Part shown: piece after piece, positions 10,712 to 20,087 of the stretch
Numbering within the stretch: position 1 is the stretch's first letter
Layout: each line of letters starts with the position of its first letter
Assembly: GCA_964648755.1 (NCBI GenBank)
Contig: CAZYLC010000003.1
Location: 7,502-58,870, forward strand
DNA length: 51,369 bases
Reading direction: 5' to 3'
DNA from: an uncultured Thermodesulfovibrio sp.
Lineage (GTDB): Bacteria > Nitrospirota > Thermodesulfovibrionia > Thermodesulfovibrionales > Thermodesulfovibrionaceae
The notes under the pieces: model-generated
The model's database searches: none
What the model was told of the DNA's origin: nothing
Seen by the model: the letters and a program-made list of their open reading frames with translations, nothing else
Made by a program: the position numbers and the translations under genes

Positions 10712-10727
10712 TGGCATGGAAATTGAA
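10712..10727 (+). promoter_or_regulatory. Probable sigma54 promoter for fliK-flgD-flgE
   Basis: TGGCAT-GGAAA-TTGAA with correct -24/-12 spacing in the only sizeable gap within the flagellar cluster. Confidence 0.6.
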
Positions 10728-10740
10728 TAATTACTATTTC

Positions 10741-11775
10741 ATGATTAATACAATAAACTTAAATATAAGTGGATTAATTCTAAATAATGATATGAATCTA
10801 AATTTATCTGAAACCAAAACGGAAATTGAAGGCTTTCTAAGTGAACTCTTTAGGATATTTCTTGAAAATCAAAAAAACCTCAATTTCGAAAATATTACCC
10901 TTGCACCTCTTTTACCTTTTAATATATTAACCTCTCAGGAGATATCTAATTTAGATAACTTGTTTGAAAATATAAAAATTCAAAATGAAGGGTTAAATTC
11001 TCTTTATGAACTCATAAAATCAGGGCAAGTGGATTTGAATAATGCTTTAGAAAGTTTAAAGATTATAAGCAAAGATAATTCCATTTCTTCAATTATAGAA
11101 GACCTTACTGAAAAAGTATCGATAAATTTAGATAAAAATAATATTAAGGATATTTTTAAAACTATCAATGCTCAAAACGACAATAATTCATTAGAACTGT
11201 CTTCTTTAAATTTAAACAAAGAGAGTAATAACAAAATGGAAATTTCAGATTCCATAAAAAATAATTTAATTAATATGGAATCTTTAAAAAATGAAAAAAC
11301 AACAGTAGATGACATACAAAGAGAAAAAAATCAAAAAATAAATAGTGAAAATCTATTACCAAAAATTAACCTCAATTCTGTAGAATCTGTTCAATACGAT
11401 AATATTAAACAAAAACACGAAATTCCTGTAATAAAGCTTAATGAAATATCCGATATTATTTTCAGAGCAGTATCAAATTCTCAAAAAACTCTGATTGTAC
11501 AGCTTGAACCTCCTGAACTTGGCAAAATCCTCATTAAGCTCTCTATGGATTCTTCAGGAGTAAGAGCTGATATGAAGGTTGACTATCCTCATGTTAAGGA
11601 GATGTTAACAAATCTGATACCTGAGATTAAAAGTAATCTTCAATCCTCAGGGGTCAAAATTTCAGACTTTCTACTTGATCTAACTCGTGATCAAAAGGGT
11701 TATTCCGATTCACCTTATGGACAAGGTCAGAAAAAAAATAAAGATAATCAAAAATTTTTTGAATATTTTGCATAG
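10741..11775 (+). CDS. fliK: Flagellar hook-length control protein FliK (start 10741 or 10792 rather than GTG 10711)
   Basis: Low-complexity Asn-rich N-terminus; C-terminal QLEPPELGKI motif; precedes flgD. Confidence 0.88.
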   Translation: MINTINLNISGLILNNDMNLNLSETKTEIEGFLSELFRIFLENQKNLNFENITLAPLLPFNILTSQEISNLDNLFENIKIQNEGLNSLYELIKSGQVDLNNALESLKIISKDNSISSIIEDLTEKVSINLDKNNIKDIFKTINAQNDNNSLELSSLNLNKESNNKMEISDSIKNNLINMESLKNEKTTVDDIQREKNQKINSENLLPKINLNSVESVQYDNIKQKHEIPVIKLNEISDIIFRAVSNSQKTLIVQLEPPELGKILIKLSMDSSGVRADMKVDYPHVKEMLTNLIPEIKSNLQSSGVKISDFLLDLTRDQKGYSDSPYGQGQKKNKDNQKFFEYFA

Positions 11776-11787
11776 GAGGAATAAATT

Positions 11788-12201
11788 ATGTCAGAAATAA
11801 CATCAGTTTTTGACAATCCGTTGTATACGGTACAGCAAAAAAGTGCATCTACAGGTGGCAATAAAATTGACAAAGAAGCTTTTCTGAAACTTCTTACAGC
11901 TCAACTGAAGTATCAAGACCCTTTAAATCCTTTAAAAGATACGGAGTTTATGGGACAACTAACTGCTATGACAACACTTGAACAGGTCATAAATATTAAT
12001 AGCACCCTTCAAGATTTAGCCACCTATCAAATTTACTCTAATGCCTTAATGATTGGTTCAAATATCATCGGTAAAACAATAAGTACTACTGACGGGAAAG
12101 AATATGTAGCTCAGGGTATTGCCTTAGAGGACGGAAAACTAAAGATAAATGTGGGTGACAGTTATATATCAATGAGTCAAATAAAGGAAATTAAAGCTTA
12201 G
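11788..12201 (+). CDS. flgD: Flagellar hook capping protein FlgD
   Basis: FLKLLTAQLKYQDPLNP motif. Confidence 0.95.
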   Translation: MSEITSVFDNPLYTVQQKSASTGGNKIDKEAFLKLLTAQLKYQDPLNPLKDTEFMGQLTAMTTLEQVININSTLQDLATYQIYSNALMIGSNIIGKTISTTDGKEYVAQGIALEDGKLKINVGDSYISMSQIKEIKA

Positions 12202-12212
12202 GAGGTGATAAA

Positions 12213-13472
12213 ATGGCAATGTTAACATCTTTATTTTCTGGAATTAGTGGACTTAATGCAAACGGACTTGCTCTTTCAGTTATAGGAGATAATATTGCCA
12301 ACGCAAACACAGTTGGATTCAAAGCAAGCCGAGCAAATTTCGGAGATATATTAAGCCAAACTCTAAGTGGTTCATCAGCCATGCAGGTTGGACGTGGAAC
12401 AATGATTATTGATATTCAGAAAATGTTTACCCAAGGAACCCTTGAGACAACAGCTAATCCTCTTGATTTAGCAATTGAGGGAGACGGCTTTTTTGTTGTC
12501 CGTCAGGTAAATGGTCCCACTTATTATACAAGAGCAGGACAGTTTAGATTAGACAAAGACGGATATGTGGTTGACCCAAACGGCTATCGGTTGCAAGCCT
12601 ATTTGATGGATTCCACAGGTAATGTAACAGGTGGGATAGGAGATGTCTATCTTGCAGGTTTGATGAGTGATCCAACAGCAACAACTGAGATAAAAACTCA
12701 GCTCAATCTTGATTCAAGAGAAACAACTAAAACTTGGAGCTTTACACCTGGTCCGAATCTACCAAGCATTGATGCATATAACTATTCTACTGCTATAACT
12801 GTTTATGATAGCTTAGGCAATCCTCATCTTGTATATACATATTTTACAAAAACAGCTGTGAACAGCTGGGATGCTCATGTAATTTATGACACAAGTAATG
12901 ACCCTAACAATCCAAATTATACAGAGGTTGGTTCATTTACATTAAACTTTAATGACGCAGGTACACTTATCACCGATCCACCAACTACTTCCTTTACTTT
13001 TGATTTTACACCTTGGGGAGCACAAATTTCAGATATTACCCTTAACTTTCAAGATACAACTCAATATGGCTCTCCAAACGCTTTTGTTTTCCAAACTCAG
13101 AATGGTTACCCTCCCGGTAATCTTATAGCAGTTACAGTAGATCAGAATGGAGTTATTTCAGGAGTTTTTACTAATGGACAAGTTAAAAATGTTGCTCAAG
13201 TTGTACTTGCAAAGTTTGTAGCACCTCATAATTTAACAAAGACAGGTAAAAATCTATATCTTGAATCCTATTCTTCAGGAGGGCCTACCTTAGGAGCCCC
13301 TGGTACGGTAGGTGTTGGAACTATATACGCAAATTCTCTTGAATCAAGTAATGTAGACCTTGCTGAGGAATTCATCCGAATGATTGCAGCTCAGAGAGCC
13401 TATCAAGCAAACGTTAGGGTTATCACAACTACAGACAATATGCTCAATGAATTAATGAATATAGTGAGATAA
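12213..13472 (+). CDS. flgE: Flagellar hook protein FlgE
   Basis: DNIANANTVGFK, DLAIEGDGFF, YTRAGQF, VYDSLG, LESSNVDLAEE. Confidence 0.96.
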   Translation: MAMLTSLFSGISGLNANGLALSVIGDNIANANTVGFKASRANFGDILSQTLSGSSAMQVGRGTMIIDIQKMFTQGTLETTANPLDLAIEGDGFFVVRQVNGPTYYTRAGQFRLDKDGYVVDPNGYRLQAYLMDSTGNVTGGIGDVYLAGLMSDPTATTEIKTQLNLDSRETTKTWSFTPGPNLPSIDAYNYSTAITVYDSLGNPHLVYTYFTKTAVNSWDAHVIYDTSNDPNNPNYTEVGSFTLNFNDAGTLITDPPTTSFTFDFTPWGAQISDITLNFQDTTQYGSPNAFVFQTQNGYPPGNLIAVTVDQNGVISGVFTNGQVKNVAQVVLAKFVAPHNLTKTGKNLYLESYSSGGPTLGAPGTVGVGTIYANSLESSNVDLAEEFIRMIAAQRAYQANVRVITTTDNMLNELMNIVR

Positions 13473-13475
13473 TCG

Positions 13476-13498
13476 TCTGGGGGATAAACTCCCCCAGA
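13476..13498 (+). terminator. GC-rich hairpin after flgE (terminator-like)
   Basis: TCTGGGGGA-TAAAC-TCCCCCAGA perfect 9-bp stem 3 nt after the stop codon; no canonical U-tract follows. Confidence 0.55.
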
Positions 13499-13590
13499 AA
13501 AACTCCAATTTACATTCTATAATAGATAATTTATCAGCTTATTCTTTTTAATAATTGCTTTAAAATCTTAACCTCTGTTTTAATTAATTT

Positions 13591-15999
13591 ATGAATCTTC
13601 TTTATTTTGAAAAACCAACAAGATATATAAATGGAGAAATTAATTCTATATTAAAGGAAGGCAAAAATCTCATAAAATTTGCCCTATGCTTCCCTGACAT
13701 ATATGAAATAGGCATGTCCCATCTTGGGCTTAAAATTCTCTACCATATTCTTAATAAAATTCCAGATGTTCATGCGGAAAGAGTATTTTCTCCCTGGATT
13801 GATTTACAGAATTATATGAGATATAAAAGAGTGCCTCTTTGTTCACTTGAAACAAAAACCCCAATTAAAGATTTTGATATAGTAGGATTTAGCCTGCAGT
13901 ATGAACTTTCTTATCCCTCTGTGCTTAATATGCTCAGTCTGGGGCAAATCCCTCTAAGATGGCAAGACAGATTTGCACAAAAGTATCCAATCATAATAGG
14001 CGGCGGTCCCTGTGCATCCAATCCTTTACCCTTGTCTGAGTTTATGGACGCTTTTTTAATTGGAGAAGGGGAAGAAGCGGTTGTTGAACTAATAAACCTT
14101 TACAGGGAATGGAAAATCTCTGGTAACAAAAAAGAAGACTTACTTAATGCAATCAGTCAAATTGAAGGTTTTTATGTTCCCATGGTTGGTGAAAGAAATG
14201 TAAAACGACGCTATGTAAAGCATTTAGATGAGACTTATTTCCCTACTACTCCAATACTTCCATACATGAAAATTGTTCACGATCGAATATCTATAGAAGT
14301 ATCTCGCGGTTGTCCCTCTGGATGTAGATTCTGTCAAGCAGGAATGATTTACAGGCCTCTCAGGATAAGAAAACCTGAAAAAGTTTTAGAGATAGCTAAA
14401 AAATCAATAGAAAATACAGGTTATGAAGAAGTCTCTCTTCTTTCCTTTAGTATCGGACACTATCCCTATCTAACAGAGCTAATTGATACCCTAAATAAAA
14501 ACTTTTTTAACCAAGGGATAGCTATCTCATTGCCTTCAATCAGAGCTGACAGGGTAACAAAGGAACTTCTTAAAAAGATAAAATTTGCAAGAAAAACAGG
14601 CTTTACAATTGCACCAGAGGCAGGAACAGAAAGGCTTAGATTAATAATAAACAAAAACATATCAAATGAAGACATTGAGAGAGCCTGCGCCCTTCTTTTT
14701 GAAGAAGGATGGCTAAGTATAAAGCTTTATTTTATGATAGGACTGCCCACGGAAACAGAGGAAGATATCGGGGAAATTGTTAATTTGTCCAAGAGGATTC
14801 TGAAGTTTGCAAAGACTTTTACAAAAAAATTTGTTGACCTGAATATTACTGTTTCACCTTTTATTCCTAAACCTCATACACCCTTTCAATGGCTTGGACA
14901 GATTCCTTTTGATGAAATGAAACAAAGGCTTAATTTCATAAAAAATAACTTTCAAAAGAGCAAAATTCATTATAAAGGACATAACCCTAAAATGAGTATT
15001 CTTGAGGCTGCGCTTTCAAGGGGAGATGAAAAGGTTTGTAAAGTAATTTATAAGGCATGGCAGAAAGGAGAGGTTCTTTCAGCTTGGACAGACTTTTTTA
15101 ATTTTGAAAGATGGCTTTCAGCAATGGATGATACAGGGGTTGACCTATTTTCTAAAGCAACTAAGAGTTACTCCATCTTTGAAACTCTTCCTTGGGATTT
15201 CGTAGATACGGGAGTAAAAAAGGAGTTTTTAGTAAGAGAGTTTGAAAGAGCATTGAGGAGTGAAAAGACAAAAGAGTGCAATGTAAAGTGTGAAGGATGC
15301 GGTTTAAACTGCAAATGGGAAGACAGGAGAAACACCGAAGGGAAAAGTATTATACATTCCTATCCAGAACCCGATAGAATTCAAGAGGAAATTCCTGTAA
15401 AAGTGATTAGGTTCTGTCACACTAAATTGGGAGAAATGAGATATCTTTCCCAGCTTGAACTTGCTAATCTCCTCACGAGAATATTGAGAAGAGCTAATAT
15501 TCCCTTTGTTCTATCAAAGGGCTTTCATCCTAAACCTGAAATATCCTTCTGCCCTTCCCTTCCCGTTGGGATAGAGAGTGAATCTGAATATTTCGATATA
15601 AAAATATACGGAGAGTTCAACTCAGAATACATTTCAAGATTAAATAACCTTCTACCTGAAGGGTTAAAAATTAAGTGCGCAAAGCTAATAGAACCTGGAA
15701 CGCCTGCTTTAAGCGCCTTCGTGCAGGCCTATGAATATAGAATTATAAATCCTCCTACAATGCCTGAGATTGATATAGAAAAGATAGAGATAAAACGAAA
15801 GGATAAATCCTATTCACTAAAAGATTTCATTGAAAAGATTCAGATTTATGACAAGGAACTATGTATAATAGTTAAAGATGGAGAAGTAAAAGCAAGAATA
15901 AATGAAATTGCTGAAGCCCTTTTAGGTGTCTCAGCAAAAGAACTTCAAATAAAAAGAGTACAAATGTATGGATATAAGGGAGGCTTAGTAGAACCTTGA
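13591..15999 (+). CDS. B12-binding-like radical SAM protein (TIGR03960-like) fused to a radical-SAM-linked domain (TIGR03936-like)
   Basis: FPDIYEIGMSHLG, CPSGCRFC cluster motif, C-terminal YLSQLE...SKGFHPKP...LPVGIES; upstream of RNase G. Confidence 0.85.
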   Translation: MNLLYFEKPTRYINGEINSILKEGKNLIKFALCFPDIYEIGMSHLGLKILYHILNKIPDVHAERVFSPWIDLQNYMRYKRVPLCSLETKTPIKDFDIVGFSLQYELSYPSVLNMLSLGQIPLRWQDRFAQKYPIIIGGGPCASNPLPLSEFMDAFLIGEGEEAVVELINLYREWKISGNKKEDLLNAISQIEGFYVPMVGERNVKRRYVKHLDETYFPTTPILPYMKIVHDRISIEVSRGCPSGCRFCQAGMIYRPLRIRKPEKVLEIAKKSIENTGYEEVSLLSFSIGHYPYLTELIDTLNKNFFNQGIAISLPSIRADRVTKELLKKIKFARKTGFTIAPEAGTERLRLIINKNISNEDIERACALLFEEGWLSIKLYFMIGLPTETEEDIGEIVNLSKRILKFAKTFTKKFVDLNITVSPFIPKPHTPFQWLGQIPFDEMKQRLNFIKNNFQKSKIHYKGHNPKMSILEAALSRGDEKVCKVIYKAWQKGEVLSAWTDFFNFERWLSAMDDTGVDLFSKATKSYSIFETLPWDFVDTGVKKEFLVREFERALRSEKTKECNVKCEGCGLNCKWEDRRNTEGKSIIHSYPEPDRIQEEIPVKVIRFCHTKLGEMRYLSQLELANLLTRILRRANIPFVLSKGFHPKPEISFCPSLPVGIESESEYFDIKIYGEFNSEYISRLNNLLPEGLKIKCAKLIEPGTPALSAFVQAYEYRIINPPTMPEIDIEKIEIKRKDKSYSLKDFIEKIQIYDKELCIIVKDGEVKARINEIAEALLGVSAKELQIKRVQMYGYKGGLVEP

Positions 16000-16523
16000 G
16001 TAATGAACTCTTAATTAATATAACAAAACAGGAATGCCGAGTTGCCCTTCTTGAAGGAGGACAGGTAGTTGAGTTTTATATTGAAAGGAAGGGAGACTCA
16101 AGCTTTGTAGGTAATATTTACAAAGGGAGAGTAGTAAAGGTATTGAAGGGAATGCAAGCTTGCTTTATTGATATAGGATTAGATAAAGCAGCATTTCTCT
16201 ATATAGATGATATAAGAGGTGGGATAAAAGAACTCTATCCTTTTTTAGAGGCAGAAGAGGAAACTGAATTCCTATCAAAGCTCGATTTCAAAGACGCCTC
16301 AATTGAAGAACTTGTTCAGCAGGGGCAAGAAATTCTTGTACAAGTAGCAAAAGACCCCATAGGAACAAAGGGAGCAAGAGTCACCTCAAGGATAACACTA
16401 CCTGGCAGATATGTGGTGCTTATGCCAGGTATGGAACATGTAGGAATCTCAAGAAAGATAGAAGATGAGGAAAAGAGAAAAGAATTAAAAGAACTTGCAA
16501 TGAAAATCAAGCCTTCTGGATGA
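15996..16523 (+). pseudogene. rng: RNase G/E family, N-terminal part (S1 domain) of a split or frameshifted gene
   Basis: GNIYKGRV, FIDIG, QVAKDPIGTKGARVT, GISRKI; stops prematurely at KPSG*. Confidence 0.75.
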
Positions 16524-17494
16524 GGACGGTAAGTGAAGATGCTACTGAAGAAGAAATTCAGAAGGATATTGATTTTCTCTTACTCCTCTGGGATAATATT
16601 CAGAAAAAGAAAGATAAAGTCCATGCACCTGCATTAATTCATAGTGAATTTGATCTTGTACTTAGAAGTTTACGCGACTTTATGAATCAAAATGTTGACA
16701 GACTTATAATTGATAGCTATACAGAATGGAATAGGCTAAAGGAGTTTGCCCACGTCTATTTCCCTCGTATTGCCGAAAAAATAGAGCTTTATGAAGGTGA
16801 TGAGCCTATTTTTGAAGCCTTTGGCATCGAAGTTGACCTTGATAGAGCCCTTGAGAGAAAGGTTTGGTTAAAATCTGGTGGTTATATTGTAATTGACCAA
16901 ACAGAAGCAATGACTGTAATTGATGTTAACACAGGTAAATTTGTGGGTAAAGAGAATTTAGAGGATACTATTCTTAGAACAAATCTTGAAGCAGTTAAAG
17001 AAATTGCCTATCAAATAAGATTAAGAAATCTTGGTGGCATAATACTCATTGACTTTATTGACATGGAAAAAGACGAAAACAAACAGAAAGTAATCAATGC
17101 AATGGCAGAAGCAATAAAAAAGGATAGAGCCAAAACAACCATATATAACATTACTGATCTTGGCATAGTTCAGATGACAAGAAAAAGAACAAGAGAAAGC
17201 CTTGAACATATACTTTGTGATAGCTGTCCCTATTGCGAAGGAAAGGGGCGAGTAATGAGCATAAGGTCTGTAGCTTATGAGATCCTAAGGAAACTTAAGT
17301 GTCTTACTCCTCAAGAGGGAGCAGAAATAACAGTTGTTACCCACCCTCAGGTTGCTGATTTGCTTACCGATGAGGAGAGAGACTCCCTTGAAGAGATTGA
17401 AAATATTAGAAAAGTCAGAATTACCATTAAAAAAGATTCAAGCCTCCATCAAGAAAACTATCATATTCATAAAAATCAACCTAAAATTGAATAA
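16520..17494 (+). pseudogene. rng: RNase G/E family, C-terminal catalytic part of a split or frameshifted gene
   Basis: Begins MRT; contains IDVNTG, RLRNLGGIILIDFIDM and the CPYCEGKG Zn-link; different frame from the 5' part with an ATGA overlap. Confidence 0.75.
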
Positions 17495-17498
17495 TGAA

Positions 17499-18635
17499 AT
17501 GGACTTTAGGGAATGCAATAAATGCGGAAAGTGTAAAGAAACTTGCCCAAGTTATAGCGTCTTCATCAATGAGGCCTTTTCTCCCAGAGGAAGGGTACAA
17601 ATTTCTAATTTTTTTAAAGATGGAAATCTTTCAGAAAGCAAGGCCTTAAAGGAGAGATTATTTAGCTGCCTTTTATGTGGTTCTTGCCTTATTAATTGTC
17701 CTCTTCAGGTAAATATTCCAAATTTAATGTATGAGGCAAGAGAGAAAACTACTAAGGACTTTAAACTTTTGCTTTTTAAATACTTTTCTCTTTATCCCAA
17801 TTTGTTTTTTTCTCTCATCGATATATTAAAAAATTTCAAGATGTTGATGAATCTTTTCAAAAAGCAAAAAATTTTGCCAACCACTCTGATAGATAAAATA
17901 TCCGTCTTTGAAAAAAACAGAGAAGAGACAAAATCTCTAAAAATTTTCAACAAGATAAAGCCTCGTGGGAGAATTGCTCTTTTCTTGGGTTGTTCTACAG
18001 AGTTTCTTATGCCCTCTATCTCAAAAGCTTTAATAGATATTTTATCCTCAGCAAACTTTGAAGTTATAATACCAAAGCAAATTTGCTGCGGGGCTCCTCT
18101 TCTGGGAGCAGGTTTCAAAGAAGAAATGCTTTCTCTTGCAAAAAAGAATCTAAAAATATATAAATCCTTTCACATTGATGGAGTAATTACACCTTGCCCA
18201 ACTTGTGCTCATTTTTTAAGGTCTATTTATGGAGAACTTATAGGTGAGGGGATTAAAATATTAAATCTTGCTGATCTAATTGAGGAGGTTAATTTAGTTC
18301 CAAAAAAACAAAAACAGGAGAAGATATTTTTTCATGTATCCTGCCATTCTTCAAATTATGTAAAAGAATTCGATAAAACTATTAGGTTACTCATTAAATC
18401 AGGGATTAGTATAGAAAAAAAAGAAGGTTGTTGCGGATTTGCTGGACTTTTTTCATTCTTGTTTGAAAAGGAGTCTATGGATATTCTCAGGAAAAAAGTT
18501 TTAAAATATGAAAAAGCAGATATGATAATAAGCTCTTGCCCCAATTGTTTAATTCAGTTCAAATTTGCCATGGAGAATAAAAAAGTGCTCCATTATGCTG
18601 AGTTTATTCAGAAAAATTTTTTGAAAGGAGAATAA
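17499..18635 (+). CDS. Fe-S oxidoreductase with 4Fe-4S dicluster and CCG domains (GlcF/HdrD-like)
   Basis: CNKCGKC...CP, CLLCGSC...CP, two CCG motifs, CPxC motifs; start moved to ATG 17499 after the rng stop. Confidence 0.85.
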   Translation: MDFRECNKCGKCKETCPSYSVFINEAFSPRGRVQISNFFKDGNLSESKALKERLFSCLLCGSCLINCPLQVNIPNLMYEAREKTTKDFKLLLFKYFSLYPNLFFSLIDILKNFKMLMNLFKKQKILPTTLIDKISVFEKNREETKSLKIFNKIKPRGRIALFLGCSTEFLMPSISKALIDILSSANFEVIIPKQICCGAPLLGAGFKEEMLSLAKKNLKIYKSFHIDGVITPCPTCAHFLRSIYGELIGEGIKILNLADLIEEVNLVPKKQKQEKIFFHVSCHSSNYVKEFDKTIRLLIKSGISIEKKEGCCGFAGLFSFLFEKESMDILRKKVLKYEKADMIISSCPNCLIQFKFAMENKKVLHYAEFIQKNFLKGE

Positions 18636-18636
18636 A

Positions 18637-19434
18637 ATGACAGAAGAAAACTCTAATTTTGAAATAGTTTTACCTGATGGTACAATTTATAAACCAGAGA
18701 AAACTGAGCAAAAGCCTTCCTATACTATTGAGGGGTATGATCCTGATGGAAAACCAAAAAAAATGAAGTTTTCAACAAAAAATGAATGTGACAGATGTGG
18801 AGAGTGCTGCAGGAGAGATACCCCTATAATTCTTAAAGAAGACATATATCTTCTCACAAAGGGGATAATTTCTGAAAGGGATATTTACACTGTAAGAGAA
18901 GGAGAAAAAATACGTTCTTCCATAGACGGAGATATGTATTACTCATCTATGGAACTAATAAAAATAAAACCAATTTTCGGGAGTTTTACCTGCCTTTTTT
19001 ATGATCCTGAAGAAGGATGCACAATTTATGAACAAAGACCAACAGTATGCAGACTTTACGAATGTTGGTCACAAAATTTTTCTATAACAGGAATTGAGGC
19101 AAGAAGACTCATAAGGTCTGACTTATTTGGCAATATAAGCTTTGTAACAGAAGCAATAAAAAAACATGAAGAAAATTGTTCTCTCAATAAATTCCATGAA
19201 CTCGTAGATGAATTGAAAAAAGATAAGAAAGAGAATATAGAAAAAATTGCCGAAATGATTCTTTATGACTCCACTTTGAGAAATTGGCTTAAAGAAAAAC
19301 TTTCAATCTCTGATGATGTTCTACCTTTACTTTTAGGAAGAAGTCTTTTTGAAATAGCTCCCTTTTATGGATTAATAATAGAAAAAGAAGGAGAAAATTT
19401 TGTAATTAAAGTTATGCAGGAGGAAGAGGAATGA
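18637..19434 (+). CDS. YkgJ-family cysteine-cluster (CxxCxxCC) protein
   Basis: CDRCGECC and CLFY...[16 protein letters not shown]. Confidence 0.85.
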   Translation: MTEENSNFEIVLPDGTIYKPEKTEQKPSYTIEGYDPDGKPKKMKFSTKNECDRCGECCRRDTPIILKEDIYLLTKGIISERDIYTVREGEKIRSSIDGDMYYSSMELIKIKPIFGSFTCLFYDPEEGCTIYEQRPTVCRLYECWSQNFSITGIEARRLIRSDLFGNISFVTEAIKKHEENCSLNKFHELVDELKKDKKENIEKIAEMILYDSTLRNWLKEKLSISDDVLPLLLGRSLFEIAPFYGLIIEKEGENFVIKVMQEEEE

Positions 19435-20075
19435 AATTTTTCATTGACACAGCAAATCTTAATGAGATTAAAAGAGCATGGGAAGTTGGAGTCATTGATG
19501 GCGTGACTACTAATCCCTCTTTGCTTGCGAAAGAAGGTAAAGAACCCATAAGTTTACTTAAAGAAATATGTCACATCGTTGAAGGTCCTGTAAGTGCTGA
19601 AGCCCTATCCCTTACATATGAAGAAATGCTAAAAGAAGCCATTGAATTAAGCAAAATTGCTCCTAATATAGTAATAAAAATTCCCATGACTGAAGATGGT
19701 TTAAAAACAGTAAAAAAACTTTCACAGGAAGGCATTAAAACAAATGTTACTCTGGTTTTCTCATCGACTCAGGCATTACTTGCAGCAAAAGCAGGTGCCA
19801 CTTATGTTAGTCCCTTTGTCGGTAGACTGGACGACATAAGTCATTTCGGGATGGATCTAATAAGAGATATACAAATAATTTTTGAAAACTATGATTTTGA
19901 AACGGAAATTATTGTAGCAAGCATCCGTAATCCTTTACATGTTCTTGAGGCAGCAAGAATCGGAGCAGATATTGCAACAATTCCCTATTCTGTAATAAAG
20001 CAATTAATTAAACATCCTTTAACTGATATAGGTATTGAAAAGTTTCTAAAGGACTGGGAAAAACTTCAAAAATAG
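19431..20075 (+). CDS. tal: Transaldolase / fructose-6-phosphate aldolase family
   Basis: [32 protein letters not shown]. Confidence 0.93.
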   Translation: MKFFIDTANLNEIKRAWEVGVIDGVTTNPSLLAKEGKEPISLLKEICHIVEGPVSAEALSLTYEEMLKEAIELSKIAPNIVIKIPMTEDGLKTVKKLSQEGIKTNVTLVFSSTQALLAAKAGATYVSPFVGRLDDISHFGMDLIRDIQIIFENYDFETEIIVASIRNPLHVLEAARIGADIATIPYSVIKQLIKHPLTDIGIEKFLKDWEKLQK

Positions 20076-20087
20076 GGGGTGTATAAC

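Noticed and set aside
10711..10740. GTG start of fliK from the ORF track
   Set aside because: It coincides with the sigma54 -24/-12 box, so it is probably not transcribed from that promoter.
16521..16532. TGA in rng as a selenocysteine or read-through codon
   Set aside because: Read-through gives only GGA CGG then TAA; the rest of the protein is in another frame, so it is a frameshift, not recoding.
17334..17498. N-terminal extension of the Fe-S oxidoreductase ORF
   Set aside because: It overlaps the rng 3' end; the ferredoxin motif starts right after ATG 17499.
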